Part shown: piece after piece, positions 51,950-64,000 of the stretch
How the letters are laid out: each line of letters starts with the position of its first letter
Position numbering within the stretch: position 1 is the stretch's first letter
Source of the DNA: Hypanus sabinus
Taxonomy: Eukaryota
Assembly (NCBI RefSeq): GCF_030144855.1
Contig: NC_082739.1
Coordinates: 16,182,001-16,246,000, forward strand
Direction: 5' to 3'
Length of the DNA: 64,000 bases
Translations under genes and position numbers: made by a program
Notes under the pieces: model-generated
Told to the model about the DNA's origin: nothing
Databases searched by the model: none
What the model saw: the letters and a program-made list of their open reading frames with translations, nothing else

Positions 51950-54634
51950 AATAAGCTATTGATGATGGAGGTACGGTAGATGTGGTTTACATAGACTTTG
52001 GTAAGGCATTTGACAAGATCCCACATGGGTTGCTGCATACAGCCCATGGGACCTAGAGCAATTTGGTTAATTGGATTTATAATTGGCTTCTCAATAGGAG
52101 ACAGAGGGTGATAGTAGAGAGTTGAGAGTTGTTTTTGTGATTCAATGCTTGTAACTCATAGTGTTTCACAAGGATCAAGTGCTGAGACCCTTGCTGTTTG
52201 TGATATCTGTGAATGATTTTGATATGGATGTAGAAGGCATGATCAGTAAGTTCACAGATTACATTAAGACAGGGTGATATTGATGTGTTGATGAAATGAG
52301 CTGAGAAGAGGCAGGTGGAGTTTAATCAGATAAATGTAAGGTGATGGATTTTGGGAACACTAATGAGGCTAGGACATATACCACAAATGGTGGGATCTTA
52401 TTGAGTATTGAAGAACAGAGAGAACTTGGCGTACAAGTTTAAAGATTCTTGAAGATGGCAATGCAGGTAGATAAGGTGGTTAAGGAAGCATATGGAATAC
52501 TGGTCTTCATTAATCAAGGCATTGAATAAATGAGAAGGGATGTTATGCTCCAACTTGCTAAATCATTCATTGGACCTCAACTGGAGTACTGCATGTAGTT
52601 CTAGTCACCCACTATAGGAAGGATGTGAACGTGTTGGATAGGATGCAAGGGAGATTCACTGGGGGTTGCTAGGGATGGAATATTTCAGTTAAGAGAGACC
52701 GGAGCAGCTCAGTCTGTTCTCTTTGGAGCAGTGGAGCCTAACATGTAACAGGATTGGGGTATATAAAGTTATGAGAAATATAGATAGGGTAGACTGTAAG
52801 AAACTTTTCAACACATCAGAGGTAGAAAAAGTTGAAGAATATGGATTTTGGTATGGGTAAGAGATTTAGAGGGGATCGCTGGGGAACATTTTCCAGGAAA
52901 ACTTTGCCAGACAGATTGGGGAAGAGGAATTTCTGACTGCATCAATGAAGTGTGTAGATGACCACTTGAAGACTGTGGACAAAATGCTGGAAGATGGAAT
53001 TGACATGAATGGGTGCCCACAGGTCACCATGGACATGATGGACTGAATGTTTCAATGCTGAGTGACTCTCAGACCCTATTAGTCCAAATTTATGCAGGGA
53101 GAAACTAGAGTTAATGTTTCAGCTGGATGACCTTTCATCAGGTGCTATATGGCCTGCTAAGTACCTTCAGCATTTTTGGATTTTTAGCTAGCAACAAAAT
53201 ATGAAACAGTGGATCTGTTGTCCTCTCAGATAGCTAATGAAATCTCAGAAAAGTATGTAGTGAGATTTTTACTTTACCTAATTCTTTATCTTGTTGATTG
53301 TTATTATCCCATATCCATTTTCCTAAACAATAAAGAACTATAACAATTATAATCACAGCCCACAGCTTTTAAGTATGACATCTATCCACCTGATAGGATG
53401 AATTACTTGGAAAAGGTACAAATTCTTCTAAAAATTCCTGATGGGGTAAAGAGAATGGGGGAAAAATATCACCATTATATGATTAAAAAGCCAATTAAGT
53501 GTCCCTAAATCTTACAAAACAACATTAAGTGCATTTAGTGTACATTTTCTCAGCTACTAAAACTAAACGAATTATACAAAGAAAAGTTGTTAGGATCAAA
53601 GATATACATTGAGTAAAGAACTTGTTGGATCATAGAATAGGCTGGGGGTCTTAAAACGGAATTAATTCTGTTCTCAAATACTAAAATTACCAGCCTTGTA
53701 GGATTGAAGGATACTAATCAAAGTGCATTGAACATATTCCAAGTGATCATAGTACATCTGATAGGAAAGACAGCACAATCTACACAATGCAGATTGTCTG
53801 TGTTTTTCATTCAAAAAATATTTAGTTTATTAAAACTACAGTCGACAAAGCTAAGGAGAAAGGAAATTCAAAACAAAAAATGCTAGATGTATTAAACAGG
53901 TTAGGCAGGGTATACACAGAAAGGATTGGGGTTAATATTTCAAGGGATGAGTTTCTGATGCAAAATCATCAGTCAAAAATATTAACTTGATCTTTCCATA
54001 CAAGATGCCTGACTATGGAGCATTTCCAAAATTTTCTCTTTATTCCAATCTTCAGCATCTGCAATATTTTGCTTTTGTTTTATAAATAAATTAGTGTTTT
54101 TTTGTGTAGCAGATAATGTTCACACAAATGTCATGTGCCAATGTATACACCTATGATGATTTGACATCAATTCATTTCTATATTTGTCATTTCATGGAAA
54201 TTTACTCCCAGTTACCAATATCCTCCTGTGTCACTATTACTGATGAAACCAAGATATAGCAGTGCTCTGCTACTTGTATATTATATAAGCATTAATTTAG
54301 AACTGTGAAAAATATAGTAAACTGCTTATGACTAGTTCAAAGATCATTCTCGCTCTGTGTGCATTTTGGGTGCAAGTGTTAAATGTGCACAGCCTGAAAT
54401 TACCAAGGAATGCTATTACATGCAAAAGAATGAGATAGACAAGAAGGTTGTACAATATCAGTTAAGAATGAGCTGATGGTAAATATGTCAGAAATATATT
54501 GGGAATAGGCTAACTACCAGAAGAATCTGGAATCTTCACACTGGAGGATTGCTTCTTTGCAAAATTAGATCCAGTTGCAGATCAGAATAAAGTTGAAGAG
54601 AAAAACAGAAAAAAAGATTAGATGTTTGTGATGC

Positions 54635-54865
54635 CTTTCATAGCCTCAGGTCATTTGAAAATCCTTTACAGCCAAGAAAAGACTGTACTCTTAAATTGTA
54701 ATCATCTGTAGCGTAGGAAATTCGTAGGCAATTTGTGCATAACAAACTCCTACTAACTGCATTGTGATAGTAGCCAGATAATGTGATTTTTTTTTTGGTA
54801 ATTTTGTCTGTGATAAAATTGGCCAGAATATCAGTGATAATTCTCCTGCTCTTCTTCTACCATGC
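54635..54865 (-). mobile_element. Deu-domain SINE (SacSINE1/AmnSINE-like), decayed
   Basis: CTTTACAGCCAA…GTAGGAAA…CAATTTGTGCA…CCAGATAAT…ATTGGCCAGAA…CTCCTGCTCTTCTT follows the recalled reverse complement of the Deu domain. Confidence 0.6.
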
Positions 54866-55452
54866 TACCTTGTACCTTCACTTCAGGGAAACTGTTATAA
54901 AATACCTAACACCGCCCCTCAAATTTCAATAACACTCTGAAACATTCAGAACATCACTTAACCAGGTCAAAACAAAATAACCCACAACATTTCATCAGAT
55001 CCATAAGGAATTCATGCAAAATTAGAAGGCTGCTTAGAAACATTGATGTACAAACCAGATTAATCTGTTCGAAAGATATCTGGATACACTTCCCTAATCC
55101 AGTCAGTATATGAGATGATGTCTGGTTTAAGTAATTCTACCCAGTTTGCTCAACAAAATTTTCTCATGTCAACATTGGAAATGTGGGTGGGGAAGTTTCA
55201 CACTGTCCTGTCTTAAAATTAATGGGCAAAATTTGTCTCTGTTTGCCAATAACAAACCCAATTTGAGACCAATTATATTCCCCTTCCAACATCCTATTCC
55301 ATTGAAGTAAATAGAACCAAATGTTTGTTCATCCACAGGCTGATATTATCACACAAGTTCAGCTTAGGCAGCCAAAGATGAGTATCTCCCCCAATTAGTG
55401 AAAGCTCCCTAATGAGCCAGTAAAACAGTTCCCTTTCCCAACCAAACAGTAT

Positions 55453-55738
55453 TCATACAGTCTGAAAAGCCCTGGTTTGAGCTGGGATCATGACAGGAAC
55501 AGCTCCCATTCTTTTCATATGTGCCTGTGTTGGTCCATTCTTGTTGATCTTCACTTCCTCAGTTGGTGTGTACGAAATGAGCATTTTCTCGTCTTTGGCT
55601 GATAGTGTGCGAGGTTGCTGGGAGCAGGGGGTGCCATTTCTGATGGACTTAACAGAGCAGGAACCAGACTGTGTGCTTCCTGTACCCACAGAGGACTGTG
55701 CGCTGCTAAGCTTTCCCTTTGGTGCCTCAGCATCTTCC
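55453..55738 (-). CDS. CLMP: CXADR-like membrane protein, last exon (cytoplasmic tail)
   Basis: AG|(R)EDAEAPKGKL…RTLS…MIPAQTRAFQTV*; human CLMP has EDAEAPKARL…MIPSQSRAFQTV. Confidence 0.93.
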
Positions 55739-56009
55739 CTTGTTGCACAATGAAAAGAAATAGTGAAATGTAATTAAAAGTTTCCTGCTTGAGAAATCTG
55801 TACATTCCTTTATTAAAAACTCCAACTAATTGATTAGTAATAACTGACATGTTTTAAATACTTCCTTAAGATATTTTAACTTCCGCCTTAATTTTCTATG
55901 TAAGTCATTACCTTTAGTTTGCTCTCTGTATGATGAAAGAAAAGTTAATGATAAAGTCATTTTTTGCAACCTGGTTATGGTCTGAGTTTACTATAAAATG
56001 ATAGGCTAT

Positions 56010-56712
56010 TCAATGTGGAGATAGTCAGCAGCTTTAAATTCCTGGTTGCTAATGTATTGGAAGACCTGTCCTGAGCCCAACACAGGGGCACAATCATGGG
56101 GAAGGTACACCAGCACTTCTACTTTCTTGGAAGCTTATGGAAGTTCAACATGCCCGCCACCCCCCACCCCAAACTCCTCTAACAAACTTCTACAGTTGCA
56201 CTTTTGAAAGTATCCTGACGCCTTGCATCATGATCTGGTACAGCAATTCAAATGCACAGGAATGTATGAAGCTGCACAGAATAGTGGGCTCAGCCCAAAA
56301 CATGACAGGCACATCTCTCCCCGCCGTGACGAGTATCTACATGAAGTGGTGCCTCAAGAAGATGACATCAGTTATCAAAGATCACCACCATCCAGGTCAC
56401 GCAGCTACCTTTGGGCAGGAGATGCAGAAGCCTGAAGCCCCACACCACCAAGTTCAAGAACGACTTCTCTTTAATCATCTGGTTCTTGAACCAGCCCACG
56501 CAATCCTAGTCACTTCTTCAGTATAGACAGACTCTGACCATTTTGACTACTTTGCAATACAAAAGCTTTTTTTTTTGTTTTATGCATGTTCTTTGTTTTA
56601 AAAATTTTATACAATTAATGTTTATCTTGTCTCTCATGCTGTATGCCTGTGATGGTTTTCATTGCACCTGTGCACACACATATGATAATAAAACTCAACT
56701 TTGACTTTGATG
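56010..56712 (+). mobile_element. Rex1 LINE 3' fragment
   Basis: LTNFYSCTFESILTPCIMIWYSN…DHHHPGH; CTTTGA tail. Confidence 0.8.
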
Positions 56713-57539
56713 CTGGATTCCAAGGATCCCTTTTAGCTGAGGCTTGAATCAAACTAATGTTAGAAGGACTACTAAGAGAAGCTGATGATCTTGAGAAATG
56801 CTTTCTTTGATCACAATTTTAAGTACTATCACTTTGGAGCGGACTGTAAAATTCAGGCTAATGGAAGCAGAGATTCAATTTATTTCAAATGCACTTCCCA
56901 GACCAATTGCCTCTACCACGAGGGAGTGTGGGGCAGTAAGATGTCCTCCAAGCTGCATAGCAAATCCACTAAATTGATGGCTCTTCATCATCACTGGAAT
57001 GTTATTTGAAACCTCTGTCCAAGATCACCATGGGAGTACCTTTAACCAAGGGATTGCAGTGGTTCCAGCTGCCAACTCACCACCACTTACCCCATGGGCA
57101 ACTAGGGATGGAATGAATGCTGTTCCTTCTTTCTTTCTAGCAAGGGGAACTCAATAAGGCCAATTTGAACATTTTAATAGACATTTGATTACTTTAAATG
57201 TTAGGGTGCTGCCAATTGCCCGATCTTTCACAGTGCCCAGACTATAGCTTCCTGTCCCCAAACAATGTGCAGCACGATTGTTAGCATAGAATTGGTTTGG
57301 AGTCTGAATGACAGTTTGGCATAATGCAGCAAATGGGCAAGTAGTTGGCAGCACCCACATAATGGCCTTAAGATCAAGGAAAGCTTTGCCTCTTGGCTAT
57401 CAGATCTCCTGCTGCTGGGTTACGTTTGTGAATATCAAAAGAATTCATAAATAAAGTTACTTATGCCATTAAAAATAAAATCATTAAAAATTAAAATAAA
57501 GACTAATATTCACACAAACACCTAAAACGATTTGTGGAA

Positions 57540-58205
57540 GTACATTGTTCTTTGAAAGTGGCATCACAGATAGACAGGGAGGTGAAGAAGGCACTTAGCA
57601 CACTTGCCTTCAAAAGTTACGGTCCTGAGTATAGGAGTTGGGACATTATGTTGTAATTGTACAAGACACTGGTGAGGCTGCATTTGGGGTACTTTGTACA
57701 GTTTTGGCTACGCCATTATGTGAAATATAAGAAAGGCATTAAATTGGAAAGAGTGAAAAGATTTACAAGCATGTTGCAAGGACTCAAGGGCCTGGTTATA
57801 GGGAAAAGTTGAGCAGGTTAGATTTTTGTTCTTGGACTGTAGGAGACTGAGGGATGACTCAATATGAGTGTATAAAATCATGAGGGACATTGATTGAGTG
57901 ACTGCATACAGTCTTTTCTCCAAGGAAAGTGAATCAAAAGCTGGAGGGCATAGGTTTAAGGTGGGGAAAGTGAGAGGGGAAACATTTAAAAGGACCCCGA
58001 GCAGAAACTTCGTCATGCAGAAGGTGAGGTGTATATAGAATGAGTTGCCAGAGGCATTTAAAAGACATGTGGACAGGTATATGGATAGGAAAGGTTGAGA
58101 GGGGTATGAGCCAAATGCAGGCAAATGGGCAATTAGATGAGACCTTGGTCAGAATAGACATATTGGGCCTAAGGGCCTGTTATTCTGGTGTATTACTTTA
58201 TGAAT
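57540..58205 (+). mobile_element. CR1 3' fragment
   Basis: GTACAAGACACTGGTGAGG and GGGCATAGGTTTAAGGTG motifs shared with the other CR1 copies. Confidence 0.8.
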
Positions 58206-58787
58206 AAAAACATTTAAAATTACTTAATTAATTCAAACAGAATATCTATTTTTACTCTGATCACATTTCTTCCATCACTGTGGTACACTTATTGGAGCCA
58301 TACTACCAGTGATTAAGCAGCAGGGTGACTGGGAACATTGTGATGTGCTTAATAGAGACAAGCACTGTGATGTTTGCAGCAATCGTGAGCTGCAAATCTG
58401 TTTGAAACTCGGTCACTTTACAGCTGAACACCAAGTTGAAAAGATGAAAGAGAAAATAATACGTCCTAGCTGTACTGCAGATGGCGAGAAGTGACATCAG
58501 CAGCATTAGACTGTTTGGTTCATGAAAACATTTGTGTGGCACCATGACAGGATCAGGAATGAGTAAACAATGTTTAAAATATAAACATTGCACGAACTCA
58601 GATGCTGAGGCTTTTTGGGGTTAGAATTAAGCTATAGAAATGAGTCTTCTGCATAGGATTTCTGACCAGAAACATGTCTCTGCCATACTTTGCCAGAGGT
58701 TAGTAACAATAACATGCTTATTCAACATCTTAGGGATAGCATCTACAGACCACAAATTTGCACCTTGGACTGCTAGCTAGACAGTAC

Positions 58788-58929
58788 CTTATCTCATTCG
58801 GTTGTTCCTCTTCCTCATATTTATGTTTTGCTTTCCTGTATAGTGTAAACCAAACAATAAGGAAGATTAACAGCAGCCCAAGTATAACTCCGATAACAGC
58901 ACCAGCAATGATCCCAGGGTCTTTTGCAT
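58788..58929 (-). CDS. CLMP: CLMP transmembrane exon
   Basis: AG|(Y)AKDPGIIAGAVIGVILGLLLIFLIVWFTLYRKAKHKYEEEEQPNEI(R)|GTACTG, 142 nt. Confidence 0.93.
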
Positions 58930-59512
58930 CTGGAAATGAAAAGAAAGCAAACAAATTAATATTGACATCTGAATCTAATTAAATTAAGTTGAATGTATGT
59001 ATGTTTGTATGGTTTTGTGTTTAAGTAGTCTTTTTGATGACATTTTTTCTACCTGCATCCACCATTTCTAAAAGTAAACATATTTCACTCTGTTTATTTG
59101 TGCTGAATTCAGTAATGATGGATTTCAGGGCAGAAATGTTGAGTATTAGAGAACATGCATTTAAGGTAAGAGGGGAAGGTTGAGAGGAGATGTGTGGGGC
59201 AAGGATTTTTTTACACACAGAGACTGGTAGGTGCCTGGGTGGGGGTTGGGGAGCGTGCTGGCAGCAGATACAATAGTGGTGTTTAATGGCTGTCAGATAG
59301 ATGGAGAGATATGGATCACATACAGGCATAAGAGCACAAGTTTAAATCAGCATCATGTTTGGTGCAGACATTGTGGGCCGAAGGCATTTCTCTGTGTGGT
59401 TCTGTTTGATGTTCTATGTACAATGTTTGTATTACCATCCTAGCATTGTGAATAAATTTGAAGTACTTTTGCCTGGAATTGCTGATTTCTTTGGTGTTTG
59501 TAGACTACTCAC

Positions 59513-59635
59513 AGATAATTGTGATGTTCACCGAGCAGCTTTCCTGCCCTGCCTCATTGGTAGCACTGCACCGGTACACTCCAGCATTCGTGTGGCTCAA
59601 GTTCCTCAGCAGCAACATTTCTGGGGTTTTTGAAT
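59513..59635 (-). CDS. CLMP: CLMP exon encoding the second half of the C2 Ig domain
   Basis: AG|(D)SKTPEMLLLRNLSHTNAGVYRCSATNEAGQESCSVNITII|GTGAGT, 123 nt; phases fit the next exon; absent from the ORF track; upstream exons lie beyond the window. Confidence 0.92.
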
Positions 59636-60680
59636 CTGAATAAATTGAAGGACGGCTCAGTGAAACAAAAAATAAAGTCTGCACAGTTTGGAGCTCTGAA
59701 ATAAAAACACAAGTTACTGGGAAAACTCAGCCGATCAGGCAACATTCATGGAAAGAGAAATAGTCAACGTTCCAGGCTTGCTGAGTGGTTTTCTGGCATT
59801 TTCCAGTTTTATTTCAGTGCAGTTAAATGATGCATTTAGCATGGGCCATGTTGATAAGCCAACAATTTAAAGTTATTTGACAGATTGCACGATATGAAAC
59901 CTTCAACATGTTTTTAATTTATCAAAATTTCTATCATATTTTAACTGAATATATTTATGGAACAAACTGAACAAAGTTCCCCTACAGATTCCTTTGTCCC
60001 TTTGTTTCCAGAGTATTGTTTCTTCCTTTCTTAGTAAAGATTTTACTTTACATAAAGGGGATTTTATGACCTAGTTTAACAAATGTCATTCTGTAACTAG
60101 ACACCATGATGAAATAAGACCCTACCAACTCTCTTTATGTGACAGCTCTTAACCTTCACTTTGCATTGCACAATGAAAAACAAGATCTTATAACCAGGTA
60201 ATTTTGTAGTTGACACTTCCTGATCCATTACATCCTACACTGTGGCTGACTGCAGTTACTGCCTCCAGATCCGGGATTTGGATTAGTTCAAGCATTAGTT
60301 AACTGCATTTTTGGTTCCATTTTGTTTGTCCAACTCGCAGGTGCAGATTAATTCAGTATCACTACTAGCTGTAACTGCAGGTAAAATGCTTTTCAGAACA
60401 TTTCAATTGTTTGAAATTATGGCTGAGAATTCAAATCTTGGGTTAGTTGAAACTTCTAATGTCATCCTCAGTAAGGTTACATTCAAAAAGGGTAAAGCTC
60501 TGAAAATTTAAAGGGATGTAACATGCAAGGGAGCGATTTCACTATGATAAGATATAAGGTCATAAGACATCAGAACAAAATTAGGCCTTTTGGCCCACCG
60601 AGTCTGCTCCATCATGGCTGATTTTTTATCCCTCTCACACTCTCCTGCTTTTTCCCCAACATTTTTGACACCCTCATTAA

Positions 60681-61758
60681 TCCAGAAGATGGCGCCAGCA
60701 AGCAATGCAACTAAGGTGACATCCTTCAGCTGGTTCATAAAATGATTTCTTTCACTTTGTTTACTTCATCTTTTTCTTTCAAATGTGCTTCTGCTACTGT
60801 TGGAGCCTGTGATTTACATTTTGATGATGTGTTTTCAGGCCCATTTAGTGATCTGGCGCTTTGCTGTCTCCGTGAGATTTCGAGCAAAGTGTGCAGCCAG
60901 GAGGACAAGAAGCCAGGAGATGGAGCATGAGCCCACAATTGACTCCATTTCTCACTAATCTCACCGATTAAAGCGCCAAGAAAGATTGAAAATCAATGAG
61001 GAAATGGGAAGGCGAGTTGGGTGTTCAGCACCATCTGCCTGTGTGTAACCAGTCTCTCTCTTGCTCGCACTTGCTGCACACGAAAGAAGGTGTCTCATGC
61101 TGAAGGATGGTGCTGGAGTCTAGGGTCTTGGTGATGCACCATCAATAATTCTTGGAGACGTGAGGCGAGATAGGCTTTTATTAGCTGGAAGAGAGCAGTC
61201 AGCAGCAAGAGACCATCACACAGCATCTCGGAGACTGAGGGGGGAGCAGTGCCTCCAATCACCTTTATACAGGGGTCTGTGGGAGGAGCCACAGGAGCAG
61301 TCAGCAGAGGGCGTGTCCAGACAGGTATATGTAGTTCACCACAATTGGGCAAGGTTTAATCAACGCGGTTTATGGATTGGACTCTGTAGTTCATGATATG
61401 ATGTGTCTCTGGTTTCCGCTCACTTCTGTTTTGTTGCTGTTTCTGTGTGATTTTGATTGGGGTGGACAAGCGCTATGGCCTGTAGATAGTGAGAGACATG
61501 GCATTGGATTGAACTGAGTTGAACTGAACTGAATATGCCTGGACTCTTTCGTGTCTTTGTGATTTGATGTTTTTAGCAATTTTTCTGCCATTTGTGCAAT
61601 TTGTTCTTTTTTATGCACGTTGGGGGTTTGATGTTTTCTTTAAACTGAATCCATGGTTTTCTTTGTTTTGTGGCTGTCTGTGGGAAGACGAATCTCAGGG
61701 TTGTATACTGCATTCATACTTTGATAATAAATGGGCTTTGAATCATTAAATCTTGAAT
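60681..61758 (+). mobile_element. Non-autonomous retroposon with AAGATGGCG head and Rex1-like tail
   Basis: Clean insertion in CR1 with AATC at both junctions; ends GAATCTCAGGGTTGTATAC…TTTGATAATAAA…TTGAATC. Confidence 0.65.
61132..61343 (-). mobile_element. Short solo LTR, 212 bp
   Basis: Minus strand TGTGGTGAAC…GGTGCATCA with GTATAAA and AATAAA in order; flanks CTTGG/ATTGG (5-bp TSD, one mismatch). Confidence 0.75.
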
Positions 61759-62736
61759 CAAGAACCTATCAACCTCCACTTTAAATATACTCAATAACTT
61801 GGCCTCTGCAGCCGTCAGTAGTAATGAATTCCATGGATTCACCAACCTACCCCTAAAGAAATTCCATCTCCTCTCTGTTTTAAATGGATGTCCCTCAATT
61901 CTGAGGCTGTGACTTCTGGTCCTAGACTCCCCCACTATAGGAAACAACCTCTCCACATCCACTCTATCTTGGCCTTTCAATATTCAATAGGGTTCAATGA
62001 GATCCTCCCTTCATTCTTCTAAATTCCAGTGAGTACAGGCCCAGAACCATCAAATACTCATATGTTAACCGTTTCATTCCAGGAATCATTCTCATGAACC
62101 TCCTCTGGACCCTCTCCAATGCTAGCATATCTTTTCTTAGATAAGGGGCCCAAAACTGCTTACAATACTCCAAGAGCAGTCTGCCTCGTAAAGCGTCAGC
62201 TTTATATTCTAGTTTAATCCTTGCTTTTATATTCTAGTCCTCTTGAAAGAAATGCTAACACTGCATTTGCCTTCTTTACCACTGCAAATTAACTTTTAGA
62301 GAATCTTGTACGAGGACTCCCAAGTCCTTTCGCACCTCTGAGTTTTGAATTTTTTCCCCATTTAGAAAATAGTCTGCAGCTTTATTCCTTCTACCAAAGT
62401 GCATGACCATGCAGGGAATTACACTGTATACCATCAGCCACTTTGCCCATTGTCCTAATCTGTCCAAGCCCTTCTTCAGACTCTCTGCTTCCTCAAAACT
62501 ACCTGCCCCTGCACCTGCTGTATCTTCATATCGTGCACAGACTTGGCCACAAAGTCATCAATTCCATCATCCAAAATGTTGACACATAATATGAAAAGTG
62601 GTCCCAGTACAAACCCTGCGGAACAGCACTAGTCACCATCAGCCAACCAATAGGACCCATTATTCCTATTCTTTGTCTCCTGCCCATCAGCCAATCTTCT
62701 GTGCATGCTGGTATCTTTCCTGTAATACCATGGGTT

Positions 62737-64000
62737 TGTGGTGACCCACTTCCAGCGCACTCGAACCGGCTCACAAAGTGACGCGAACCAGCATTGAGGC
62801 CGGTCCCAAAGAGGGCACCAAGCTATCTTCACCAGCAAGGGGAAAAGCCTGCGCACAGGATGGGACTGTGAATATGTGCCCCCTGCAGCATTCCCACCTG
62901 GGGAGGGCAGGAAGGCTTTAAAGCGAGGCCGCAAAGTTTGAATAAACCTCTTTTTGCAACTGCAGCTCACCGACTATGTGTTGTTATTTCAGTGCTGCGT
63001 GTAGCACACCACTACAATTGGTGACCCCGACTGCCCAAATGATACTTGGGCCGAAGAGGAACGATGCCGCATCTGTTCATGCAGTTTCATTAAAGCTGCC
63101 AAGCTTCTGGACTCTGCGACCTCACCTATGGTTCCAGCAAGCAGAGGCCCAATTCCACATTCGGCAGATAGCCTCGGATGCCACACGTTACTACTACGTG
63201 GTGAGCTCCCTCGACCAGGAGACAGCGGCCCAGGTTGAGGAGTTCATACAGTCGCCCCCAGTGAACAGCAAATACACAGAATTCAAAGCCTTGCTCATAA
63301 GGACTTTCGGACTCTCACGGCGCGAGTGAGCTGCCCGCTTACTGCACCTGGATGGTTTGGGAGACGTTGGCATCGATGAACAAGATGCTGGCCCTGGCTA
63401 TCGGACACAAGCCCTGCCTCATGTTTGAGCAGGCGTTCCTGGAGCAGCTGCCCGAGGACATACGCCTGCTGCTGTCCGACACGGATTTCAGTGTCCCCCG
63501 GAAGGTGGCGGCCTGGGCGGACATGCTGTGGAACGCCAAGAAGGAGAGTGGGGCGTCCGCCGCACAGATCACCAGGCCACGCTCCCAGCAGCAAACCAGA
63601 CCAGGCCCGGCAGCAGAGCCCACTAACCCCAGAGGGAGGGGTGAGGAGACCAACGAACAATGGTGTTTTTACCACGCAGAAGCCCGCCGCTGTAGCCCAC
63701 CCTGCAAGTTCCTGGGAAACGCCAGGGCCAGCCACTGCTGATGGCTATGGCGGCTGGCCATCAGGATAGTCTCCTGTATGTCTGAGACAAGCAGTCGGGA
63801 CACCGCTTTTTGGTCGACACTGGAGCCGAGATCAGCGTCTTACCTCCAACAAGTTACGACACCCACAACAGAGAACTGGGTCCCACCCTGTGGGCCGCGA
63901 ATGGCAGCACAGTAAGGACAGCACAGCACGCGTACGGTGCGGCTACAGTTCAGCTCCAGCCGGTTCACGTGGGACTTCACACTGGCCGCCGTAGCCCAAC
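62737..64000 (+). mobile_element. Gypsy LTR retrotransposon 5' part (LTR, PBS, gag, protease)
   Basis: 280-bp LTR 62737-63016 (TGTGGTG…CACTACA, AATAAA); PBS TGGTGACCCCGAC 63019-31; gag KLPSFW…WFQQAEAQF, WCFYH…C..PC; protease FLVDTGAEISVLP near 63807-63845; stops and frameshift present. Confidence 0.93.

Larger units (their letters stand above)
48085..53070 (+). mobile_element. Old CR1 LINE split by three insertions
   Basis: ORF2 continuity across insertions: KVDKFP…|…YPILLWEARKEITGAL; SVVSKLLGKVLRDKI; DFGKAFDKIPH. Confidence 0.8.
60545..62736 (-). mobile_element. CR1 LINE, interrupted at about 60680 and 62736
   Basis: Tail at 60545-60570; ORFs 61714, 62276 and 62526 are CR1 RT; sequence rejoins as CATTAATC|AAGAACCTATC. 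Confidence 0.85.

Noticed and set aside
60180-60400. Possible further CLMP exon
   Set aside because: No Ig-like translation with matching splice sites found; upstream exons are probably beyond 64000

Overview
Vertebrate genomic DNA with GT-AG introns and dense repeats. The repeat repertoire (CR1, Rex1/Babar, Penelope-derived short repeats, Deu-domain SINE) suggests a cartilaginous fish, probably a ray; this is inference. Three host genes can be reconstructed exon by exon: complete REXO2 (+, 7 coding exons, 10852-20253, 281 aa), complete AAMDC (+, 3 coding exons, 33350-35512, 122 aa) and the last three exons of CLMP (-, 59635-55453). Much of the rest is transposon-derived: many decayed CR1 and Rex1 LINEs, a full-length DD34E Tc1 with 214-bp TIRs, hAT and Tigger non-autonomous elements, three solo LTRs, the 5' part of a tRNA-Trp-primed Gypsy, a Penelope fragment and an RTE-derived SINE, several of them nested. 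Most interesting observations: (1) minimal hammerhead-ribozyme motifs in the Penelope terminal repeat and its dispersed solo copies; (2) a perfect 38.7-copy G6 minisatellite expanded inside an L1 3' UTR in REXO2 intron 3; (3) a sense solo LTR with promoter, splice donor and polyA signal just before REXO2 exon 6; (4) a CLMP tail retaining the CAR/ESAM/IGSF11 motif; (5) the unusual REXO2-AAMDC-CLMP order; (6) a candidate divergent transcript/small ORF; (7) a possible very long CLMP 3' UTR. Family assignments are from recalled sequence features, not database searches. LINE/SINE boundaries are approximate.
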